The notes below the pieces were generated by a model. It did no database searches, had not been told where the DNA came from, and saw only the letters and a list, made by a program, of their open reading frames with translations. Shown one piece after another: positions 19,470-27,508 of a stretch of DNA of 64,000 bases. Both the position numbers and the translations under genes were made by a program. Every line of letters starts with the position of its first letter. Position 1 is the first letter of the stretch. The stretch is taken from positions 1,184,001-1,248,000 of the forward strand of contig CBDCJH010000002.1 of assembly GCA_965217775.1 (NCBI GenBank). Direction: 5' to 3'. Source of the DNA: Acidobacteriota bacterium (GTDB lineage Bacteria; Acidobacteriota; UBA6911; RPQK01; JAJDTT01).

Positions 19470-19752
19470 CCATGGCCGGGTCCAGAACCTTAAGATTCAG
19501 CACCGCCTCGGCCGGGTCCAACTTGAGCAGTTCAGCTTTCCGTTGTTGCTGGGGCCGTCTATCGTCGCTGAGTCGCTCGGCTTTGTCCTCGAACGCCTTG
19601 AGACGCTCTTCAGCCAGCGGTTTCAGGGTCTGCTCAACGATCAGATCCACCAGCTCCTGGGGCGTGAAAAAGCTGCCGCAGTCCTTGCGGGCATAGGGAT
19701 TGGGACGAATGGAGATCTTGCCGTCACCTTTACGGATCGGTTCCTGCTCTAG

Positions 19753-21823
19753 CCCGAGTTTACCGTATTGGAGATCAGGATAAAGATAAGTTGTTTTTTT
19801 GCAAAGAGATAGGGCAGGTGTCCCGTATGACCTACGGAGCCGAACCAAGGGGTCGGATGGCGTGTTTTTCGAGTCCCAGGACTTCGTACATCGTGCGCTG
19901 TTCGTCCGTCATCTGCGAGAGCGTCGTCCGGAGTTCGGGCTCGCCGCCCTCCTCCCGCGCTGGATACAGCACGTCGACCTCGCGGATCCCGCTGAGCGCG
20001 TCCAGCAGCGCGGGGATCGAATCCTGCACGCCGTGGCGGCTCAGTTCCCGCTGCAGCAGGCCGCACAGCATCAGCGCCAGCACGCAGCAGAACACATGCA
20101 CCGCGATCTTCTGGTCCGTCCAGTGGTATTGTGGCCGAATGGCGATGCAGTTGCTGTCCTTGAGCTGCCGGAAGGCGCTCTCGACATGATGTTGCGCGCG
20201 GTAGCCGCGCACCAGCTCGGCATCGCTCCAGCCCGCCTGGTCGGTGAACAGCAGGGTCTTGCCCAGTAACCTGCGCTGAAGCTGCTCCCAGGCGCGCCGC
20301 TGGAAGCGATAATTCACCTTCGGCAAGCCGTCCACCTCACGCACCTGAACGGCGAACAGGTCCCGCATGTGCCGGGCCCGCAGCCAGCCGTCGACCTTCT
20401 TGCGCGTGCCGGCCAGGCTCGGCTTGCGTCCCCCCCGGATCTTGCCCTCGCGCCAGCGCCACAACTGCCACTGCAGGGCGCGCAGGTGCTGGCGCCGCTT
20501 AGCGATCTCGCGCAGCAGCGTCCGACATTGGGCGTCGAACAGCGCTTGGTTCCAAGTCACCAGCACCGTGCGCTGGACGCCGAACACTTTGGACTCGGTG
20601 CGGTAGGAGCGCACGCCGGCCAGCCCGTCGGCCTCCAGCGAGCGCATCTGGTCCGCAGGCACGGCCAGCAGGTGCGGATGCTGGGTGGGGACCAGCGAGC
20701 CGATGAAGTGGAACGGGCTGCGCTCGACCCAGTCCAAGTTCGGGCGCGAGTTGTTGCCCTTGTCGAAGACCAGGGTGACCGTCTCGGTCCCGGCGGCGAT
20801 CTCCCGGTAGCGCCGGGCCAAGTCGGCGGCGAGGCTTTGGAACGTTGGCGCGTCGGGGCGGTTGCCGGGATAGGTGCGATGCAGCAGGGGCAGGCGGAAG
20901 TCGGCCGTGACCAGCAGGGCCACGCCGATGATGCGCAACGACCTGCGGCCCTCCTTGCTGTGACCGCGCTGAGCCAGTTGGGAGCGCTGGTTGAAGGAAT
21001 TGATGTAGGTAAAGAAGTTAGTGGCGTCAAACAGCACTTGGCCCAGGTCGAGGCGGAACTCGCGGGTCATGGCGGCAACGATGTCGCGTTCAATGGCGGG
21101 GAGGGCGGGGACGGGGACGCGGTGCATATGGTCCCAGAAGCGCTGGCTGGTGAGCTGGTTGGAGCGCAGGGGGAGCAGGCGGCGCAGGGCGGTGGAGTTG
21201 AACCAACGGGCGAGGCTGGCCTTGGAGCCGGGGGCGAGGCAGCGGTTGAGGACGGCGGCGAGCAAGTAGGTGCCGACGGAGGGACCGGAGCCGCGCTTGG
21301 GGAGATGGCGGTCGATGTGCTCGACCAACTGCAAGCGGCGGGCGAGGGTAAGCAGGGCGGCCGAGGCCCCGAATTCGCGCACGACCGCCTGGAGCGGCTG
21401 GGCGGGGGCGGGGGCGGCGCGGAGCTTCTCGATGATCTTGTCGGCGCGACCGAGATAGGTCTGGGAGACGATCTTGGGTTTGCCGTCGACGCGCTTGCAG
21501 ACGCGAGCGTAGTAGTAGGGGCGGCCCCGGATGATCTTCTTGACGAGGCTGGCCATATATTTAGGTCATACAATAGCGTATGGATCCGACCGGTGTCAAG
21601 CGATATATCCGTAAAAACTTCATTGATATATGGAATAAGAGTTCTGGAGAAGACCTGACAAATCCCACCATATGTTAGGTCATACAAAAATCAATGGGAC
21701 GAGAGCAAGGGCCTCGGCCGGGCTGGGTGATAAACCCTTCCTTATCAATAACTTGAATCTGAATCGTCGGTCTGCCCACGCGCTAGGGCAATGCTATGCT
21801 GGTGCGAACACGGTAAAGTCGAG
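19753..21823 (-). mobile_element. IS1634-family insertion sequence
   Basis: Inverted ends CCCGAGTTTACCG / CTCGACTTTACCG; CTAG duplicated at 19749-19752 and 21824-21827; internal TAGGTCATAC motifs at 19825 (inverted), 21562 and 21676. Confidence 0.88.
19832..21556 (-). CDS. IS1634-family DDE transposase
   Basis: LFDATNF, RGHSKE, VFDKGNNS, VESAFRQLK...IRPQYHWTDQKI..HVF. Confidence 0.92.
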   Translation of the reverse strand: MASLVKKIIRGRPYYYARVCKRVDGKPKIVSQTYLGRADKIIEKLRAAPAPAQPLQAVVREFGASAALLTLARRLQLVEHIDRHLPKRGSGPSVGTYLLAAVLNRCLAPGSKASLARWFNSTALRRLLPLRSNQLTSQRFWDHMHRVPVPALPAIERDIVAAMTREFRLDLGQVLFDATNFFTYINSFNQRSQLAQRGHSKEGRRSLRIIGVALLVTADFRLPLLHRTYPGNRPDAPTFQSLAADLARRYREIAAGTETVTLVFDKGNNSRPNLDWVERSPFHFIGSLVPTQHPHLLAVPADQMRSLEADGLAGVRSYRTESKVFGVQRTVLVTWNQALFDAQCRTLLREIAKRRQHLRALQWQLWRWREGKIRGGRKPSLAGTRKKVDGWLRARHMRDLFAVQVREVDGLPKVNYRFQRRAWEQLQRRLLGKTLLFTDQAGWSDAELVRGYRAQHHVESAFRQLKDSNCIAIRPQYHWTDQKIAVHVFCCVLALMLCGLLQRELSRHGVQDSIPALLDALSGIREVDVLYPAREEGGEPELRTTLSQMTDEQRTMYEVLGLEKHAIRPLGSAP

Positions 21824-22544
21824 CTAGGAGCCTCTCGTAAATCGATCCGAGTTGTTGCACCGACATGTCGCGGAAGTTGACGAAGTGCCTTCGCCCCTCC
21901 CTTCCCTGGGCATGGCTGAGGGCATGGATGATGGGAGCGATGGTAGCGTCGGGGAGGCGAGCCTGTTCCAGCAGCGGCGAGGCACCAGCCGCAAATAGCC
22001 CCCCGTTGTAGGGGGGCAGTCCAAGGGACGGATCGCCCTGGTCGATGATTCTAAAGAGATTGACCAAGCGGTCGTAGTAGGTGGTGACGACGGTCGAAAA
22101 GACGTCCAGGGACCCCATCCTGCGAGCGATGTCGTCCCGGACATGCTTGCGCAATCCGTAGTCATCGTAACGCTCGTCGTTGACCGGTAACAGATTCCGG
22201 TCCTCAGCATAGAGGACAAAGAGCAACCGATAGAGGAAGATCAAGGCTGCGTGGCGAACCTGGGGCAGGTCCTTGCCCGTGGCATTGGCCATCGCCTCCA
22301 CGAGGTGGGGAAAGGCGCTCTCGAAGACGACCCCAGACAGATCTTGGGCAACCTGCTCCTCATAGCGTTTCCCCTCCACCAAGGCGTGTTCCAGGAACGT
22401 GCCGGTTGCACCTTCCCGGAGGGTGAACGAAAAAAAGGGACCGAAAAAAAGGGACAGTCTATTTTTCTCGTTTCTTCGTGAACATCACGAAGCCAGGCGG
22501 CGAATCTGACATCACTGCAAAAAAAGCGGGTACCATTACGGACT

Positions 22545-23567
22545 GTGGCGGACACGTTACGGTTCGGTCCAGACACCATGAATGCACCGTGGGGGCTGGA
22601 CTCCAGGCTGAAGCTTGTTGTGTTGGCATGCGACTTTTTCAAGGCCGAAAAAATCGCAGCACACCATGCGGCCATTGGTAAGGAACTGCCGAAGCAGGGA
22701 AGTCCGACACCGCTTGCCGTAGCCGACTTTCTCCATTACCTGCAAGTCAAGAAGGCGTTCCCAAAGGCGCCGAATCCCTTGCATGTAGCGCTAATCCTGG
22801 AGCGGATGGTCTCCGCGGGAGTTCTCGTCCACGCGGGGAGCGGCACGGCATTCGCGGGACTCCAGAACCACTACATCTACTTCCTGACAGCGCACGAAGC
22901 ACGACGGGGTCTGTTCCGATTGGTGCCCGTGCTTGGCCCAGAGTACCTCTATAGACTATGTGAGCCAAGCTTGGTCCATATCACGGGAACCAGAGCGGGC
23001 GCTGTGGTCGCCGGAACCGGCCTCGTCGTCGACACGCGCCACGTCCTTACCTGTCGCCATGTCGTATCCGACATGACGGTGGATCCGCGGCAGACGTTTC
23101 AGGGGAGGGAATACGTGGTCGACCCCGGCTCGATCCACCGACACGCCGAGGTTGACGTGGCGGTCGTCCGCGTGTGGGGGGCGCCGTTGTCTCCGCTGAA
23201 CGGAGCCCTCATGCAAGCTCCCATTGTAGCAAAGACCGTTTATACGCTTGGCTACCCGAAGCTTCCCGGCCTCCGAGATGCGTCCGTGACGATGCAGCCG
23301 GGAGCAGTGACGAACGAATCGGTCACTTCATTGGCGGGGGAGACGCTGTTCCTCTACTCGGCTATTTCCAGACCAGGGAACAGCGGCGGACCAGTCGTGT
23401 CCGAGGACGGCTACGTGGTGGGCCTCTCTATCGTGGATGCCACTGGCCAGTACCGGACCAACGAGGCATTCTCACCGCACTATGCAGGCATCCCCGCGCA
23501 GGTCGTCGTCCAGGCGGTGAAGGATCTCGGTTTGGGCATCGAATTGCCGTTCGAGCCCTACGAGTGA
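22545..23567 (+). CDS. Trypsin-like (S1) serine protease with uncharacterised N-terminal domain; start may be ATG 22578
   Basis: Catalytic triad LTCRH, VDVAVV, GNSGGP; no signal peptide. Confidence 0.88.
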   Translation: MADTLRFGPDTMNAPWGLDSRLKLVVLACDFFKAEKIAAHHAAIGKELPKQGSPTPLAVADFLHYLQVKKAFPKAPNPLHVALILERMVSAGVLVHAGSGTAFAGLQNHYIYFLTAHEARRGLFRLVPVLGPEYLYRLCEPSLVHITGTRAGAVVAGTGLVVDTRHVLTCRHVVSDMTVDPRQTFQGREYVVDPGSIHRHAEVDVAVVRVWGAPLSPLNGALMQAPIVAKTVYTLGYPKLPGLRDASVTMQPGAVTNESVTSLAGETLFLYSAISRPGNSGGPVVSEDGYVVGLSIVDATGQYRTNEAFSPHYAGIPAQVVVQAVKDLGLGIELPFEPYE

Positions 23568-23824
23568 CGCACTCAGCAGGTCTCCTGGCTCAGCGTAGGC
23601 CCCTCCGCTTCGATGTTAGCGAAAAAGGGACCGAAAAAAAGGGACAGTCTATTTTTCACGTTTCTTCAGTTTCATTCAGAGACGGGAAGTGTGCTGGTTT
23701 TCGTGAGGTTCCTTCGCCTTTCCTGGTTCTGAGTCGTTGTTGTCATCAGAGGCAGACGTGAGAGGTGAGAGGTGCGAACCCGAACCGACTCCCTCGCGAG
23801 TCCGATTCACCGAGGACCGTGCCC

Positions 23825-24760
23825 ATGCCCCGAACCGCGCGACACAAGAGCAAGGAAGCCGCCTTCTATCACCTCACCAATCGAGTCACCGGCTGGACCG
23901 ATTGGTTCCCATTCGAAGACCGGCGAGCCCGTCGCAAACTCCTGGACATGATGTTGTTCTACGTCAGTGTCTACCGGTGTCGTTTGGCCGCGTTTCAGAT
24001 CATGGGCAATCACTTCCACTTCGTCGTCCATTTTGAGAAGCCTCGCTCCTTGTCCCGCAAGGAGTTGATGGAGAGCGCCGACAAGCTTTATGGGCGAAAG
24101 GCAGAGAAGAAAACCGCCGATTGGACCGTCGCCCAATGGAAGGCTTTCAACCAGCGTCTCTTTGACGTGTCGAAACTGATGGCGAATGTGGATGGGATCT
24201 ATGCCCGGTGGTACAACCGCCAGTTTCGACGGCGAGGGCATTTTTGGAGTGAACGTTTCAAGAACCCGGAACTATTGGGAACCGAAGCGGTCCAAGACGC
24301 CATTTTTTACGTGGAACTCAACGCCGTCCGGGCCGGACTGGTCAAGCGGCCCGAGCAGTGGAAGTGGGGCTCAGCCCGCTGGAGACTGTTCGGCAAAGAT
24401 CAAGACCTGATTCCACTGGAGGAACTGTTTCCCTCGGATCCCGGAACGGACCTGTACAGCAGTTACCGGGCTCGTTTGTATTATCGGGGGGCCGTCCCGA
24501 CCCGACCCAACCAGGCTGCGATCCCCCAGTGGATCCTCCATCAGGAGCAGCGACGTGGATTTACCCGTGCCGGAGCCTTTCGCCGGCGTTTGCGGTTTCT
24601 GACGGACGGGTTGGCCGTCGGTCCGGCCGAGAAGGTGGCGCAATTGCTGGAGACGTATCGGCAACAAGGTCGATATCGGCGTCGCCGACACCCCATTCCC
24701 CAACTGGGCGGAGTGATGTTTTCCCTGCGGGAGCAACGCTCGCACGCCTTCCTATCGTAG
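23825..24760 (+). CDS. HUH/Y1 (RAYT-like) tyrosine transposase copy 2
   Basis: YHLTNR, MGNHFH (HUH), GHFWSERFK, YVELNAVRAGLV..PEQWKWGS. Confidence 0.92.
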   Translation: MPRTARHKSKEAAFYHLTNRVTGWTDWFPFEDRRARRKLLDMMLFYVSVYRCRLAAFQIMGNHFHFVVHFEKPRSLSRKELMESADKLYGRKAEKKTADWTVAQWKAFNQRLFDVSKLMANVDGIYARWYNRQFRRRGHFWSERFKNPELLGTEAVQDAIFYVELNAVRAGLVKRPEQWKWGSARWRLFGKDQDLIPLEELFPSDPGTDLYSSYRARLYYRGAVPTRPNQAAIPQWILHQEQRRGFTRAGAFRRRLRFLTDGLAVGPAEKVAQLLETYRQQGRYRRRRHPIPQLGGVMFSLREQRSHAFLS

Positions 24761-24989
24761 ACTCGCCTGATCTCCGTTTGTCGATTCTGCCACCGCGGCA
24801 CCGACTGACCGAGATCACGGGAAACGCCCAATAGACTGAATTGTCCTGTTGAATGCGTGGAAAGTCCTTCGGACTTCCATCCATTTGCCAGAGGTTCACC
24901 GTTCTGCTTCCTGCTTCCGGGTGGGATTCTCAAGACTCGCGACACGCAACACAGAGCCGGAAAAAGGGGACAGTCTATTTTCTTTTCCC

Positions 24990-25455
24990 CACCGCAACGG
25001 GGTTTTCTCCTCAACGGCGATCCGGCGGGCCGGACGCTGTTTACCTATCGATCTGCCGACTTGGTTCGCTGGAGCCAGGCGCCGGCGTTGTCCTTCGCCC
25101 GCTACGGCTATCGATCGGCTCCCGTGAGCCGGGTGGAGGAGGCCCATACCTCCAATGGGAACTGGGACCGCGGCAATGTCCTCGTTTCCACCTACCTCCA
25201 GTGGCACGGAGGTCCCGACTTGAAATCCACCACCATGGACGTCGGGCTTCTGGTCAGCAACGACGGCCTCCATTTTCGAGAGCCTGTCCCCGATTTTTCC
25301 TGGATCCCCCGGGGCGCTCCAGGGACCTGGGAAGGGGGAGGCACCTGGGGCGTATCGTTCCTCAACGTGGACAACGAGACGCGCATCTACTATGGCGGCA
25401 CCAACAGCCTGGCGGCACTCGCGACCGGGGGCGTCGGGTTGGCGACGATCAAACG
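24990..25455 (+). pseudogene. Internal fragment of a beta-propeller hydrolase-like gene
   Basis: RSADLVRW, VSNDGLHF, TRIYYGG, GVGLAT; lacks native start and stop; bracketed by junction motifs. Confidence 0.7.
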
Positions 25456-25552
25456 CGGTTGGAAGGTGGCGTACGGTTGGAAGGTGGCGTAGGAAGGTGG
25501 CGTAGGAAGGTGGCGTAGGAAGGTGGCGTATTCAAGACTGTCCCTTTCTGTT
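25456..25552 (+). repeat. Tandem GGAAGGTGGCGTA x5 abutting an inverted GGGACAGTCT
   Basis: Direct reading; second copy with 3 units at 27352-27417. Confidence 0.9.
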
Positions 25553-25560
25553 CTCGGAGG

Positions 25561-25937
25561 CCCGTCATCAGTTTCTCGGCCATCTACCTCCGCTACCGCC
25601 ACACCGACCGGGCGATCCGGCCGAGTCTAGCGGTCGACGTGCTGCTCTGGGCCTGCTCCACCGTCATGCTCCTCTTTGCCGTCTACTACGTGGCCAAGAG
25701 GCTCGGGTTCGGCGCCTGACGGCCCGTCACATGGGTTGTCCCTACGGCACCGGTTTCCTGAAGATGACGATGTGCTGGTGGGGCAGGAGGTCCAGCGTCT
25801 CGACCCTGACCAGGGGATGCGCTGAGATCTGGCGCCAGACCTGATCCTGGTTCATCTTGTGCAGCCGGACGATGGGAACCGCCGGATCTTCCGCCCGGTA
25901 CTCCACCAGGACCAGCCGCCCGCCCGGTTTCAGGGCG
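25561..25937. pseudogene. Duplicated Nramp 3' end (+, to 25719) and methyltransferase variant A 3' end (-, 25742-25937)
   Basis: 25561-25896 matches 17277-17612 at a constant offset of 8284 with a few substitutions. Confidence 0.9.
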
Positions 25938-26150
25938 CAAAAAAAGGGACCAAAAAAAGGGACAGTCTATTTTTCTCGTTTCTTCAGTTTCATTCAGCGT
26001 TTCTTCAGTTTCATTCAGAGACGGGAAGTGTGCTGGTTTTCGTGAGGTTCTTTCGCCTTTCCTGGTTCTGAGTCGTTGTTGTCATCAGAGGTGAGAGGTG
26101 CGAACCCGAACCGACTCCCTCGCGAGTCCGATTCACCGAGGACCGTGCCC

Positions 26151-27086
26151 ATGCCCCGAACCGCGCGACACAAGAGCAAGGAAGCCGCCTTCTATCACCT
26201 CACCAATCGTGTCACCGGCTGGACCGATTGGTTCCCCTTCGAAGACCCGCGAGCCCGTCGCAAACTCCTGAACCTGATGTTGTTCTACGTTAGTGTCTAC
26301 CGGTGTCGTCTGGCCGCATTTCAGATCATGGGCAATCATTTCCACCTCGTCGTCCATTTTGAGAAGCCTCGCTGCTTGTGCCGCAAGGAGTTGGAGGAGA
26401 GCGCCCGCAAGCTTTATGGGCGAAAAACCGATGTGGAAACCGGCGGTTGGACCGACGACCAGTGGGAGGCTTTCAACCAGCGTCTGTTTGACGTGTCGAA
26501 ACTGATGGCGAATGTGGATGGGATCTATGCCCGGTGGTACAACCGCCAGTTTCGACGGCGAGGGCATTTTTGGAGTGAACGTTTCAAGAACCCGGAACTA
26601 TTGGGAACCGAAGCGGTCCAAGACGCCATTCTTTACGTGGAACTCAACGCCGTCCGGGCCGGACTGGTCAAGCGGCCCGAGCAGTGGAAGTGGGGCTCAG
26701 CCCGCTGGAGACTGTTCGGCAAAGATCAAGACCTGATTCCACTGGAGGAACTGTTTCCCTCGGATCCCGGAACGGACCTGTACAGCAGTTACCGGGCTCG
26801 TTTGTATTATCGGGGGGCCGTCCCGACCCGGCCCAACCAGGCTGCGATCCCCCGGTGGATCCTCCATCAGGAGCAGCGACGTGGATTTACCCGTGCCGGA
26901 GCCTTTCGCCGGCGTTTGCGGTTTCTGACGGACGGGTTGGCCGTCGGGCCGGCAGAGAAGGTGGCGCAATTGCTGGAGACGTATCGGCAACAAGGTCGAT
27001 ATCGGCGTCGCCGACACCCCATTCCCCAACTGGGCGGAGTGATGTTTTCCCTGCGGGAGCAACGCTCGCACGCCTTCCTATCGTAG
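26151..27086 (+). CDS. HUH/Y1 (RAYT-like) tyrosine transposase copy 3
   Basis: Near-identical to copy 2, including about 200 bp of both flanks. Confidence 0.92.
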   Translation: MPRTARHKSKEAAFYHLTNRVTGWTDWFPFEDPRARRKLLNLMLFYVSVYRCRLAAFQIMGNHFHLVVHFEKPRCLCRKELEESARKLYGRKTDVETGGWTDDQWEAFNQRLFDVSKLMANVDGIYARWYNRQFRRRGHFWSERFKNPELLGTEAVQDAILYVELNAVRAGLVKRPEQWKWGSARWRLFGKDQDLIPLEELFPSDPGTDLYSSYRARLYYRGAVPTRPNQAAIPRWILHQEQRRGFTRAGAFRRRLRFLTDGLAVGPAEKVAQLLETYRQQGRYRRRRHPIPQLGGVMFSLREQRSHAFLS

Positions 27087-27351
27087 ACTCGCCTGATCTC
27101 CGTCCGTCGATTCTGCCACCGCGGCACCGACTGACCGAGATCACGGGAAACGCCCAATAGACTGCATTGTCCTGTTGAATGTGTGGAAAGTCCTTCGGAC
27201 TTCCATCCATTTGCCAGAGGTTCACCGTTCTGCTTCCTGCTTCCGGGTGGGATTCTCAAGACTCGCGACACGCAACACAGAGCCGGAAAAAGGGGACAGT
27301 CTATTTTCCCCGCTCATTCATATCTGAAGGCATCTCAGGATTGAGCGCGGA

Positions 27352-27417
27352 CGGTTGGAAGGTGGCGTTGGAAGGTGGCGTTGGAAGGTGGCGTTTTCAA
27401 GACTGTCCCTTTCTGTT
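27352..27417 (+). repeat. Tandem TTGGAAGGTGGCG x3 abutting an inverted GGGACAGTCT
   Basis: Same element as 25456-25552 with a different unit length and number. Confidence 0.88.
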
Positions 27418-27508
27418 TGCGTGTTTGCGTGACTGAATTGGACGGGCGTTGGATCGCAGCCGACGGTAAGGGACGGCGACCACAAGGGCCGCCCGTACGG
27501 GAGGTGTC

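Larger units (their letters stand above)
19470..22428 (-). pseudogene. Internal fragment (about 0.89 kb) of an Eco57I-like type IIG restriction-modification enzyme, interrupted by an IS
   Basis: LYRLLFVLYAEDR, PPYNGGLF, LGSIYERLL|EQE...RKDCGSFFTP, LKVLDPAMG; frame restored when the IS and one CTAG are removed. Confidence 0.88.
17618..27417. mobile_element. RAYT/Y1-associated mosaic island with GGGACAGTCT junction motifs
   Basis: GGGACAGTCT cores near 17625(+), 18982(-), 19444(+), 22451(+), 23641(+), 24967(+), 25535(-), 25959(+), 27293(+), 27400(-); three Y1 transposase genes. Confidence 0.8.

Noticed and set aside
19153-19848. 231-aa ORF as a novel fused methyltransferase
   Set aside because: Chance read-through of IS end, R-M fragment, junction motif (RKIDCPFF) and MTase tail; no credible start.
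25456-25530. Tandem GGAAGGTGGCGTA repeats as a CRISPR array
   Set aside because: Units are 13-18 nt and contiguous, with no unique spacers and no cas genes.
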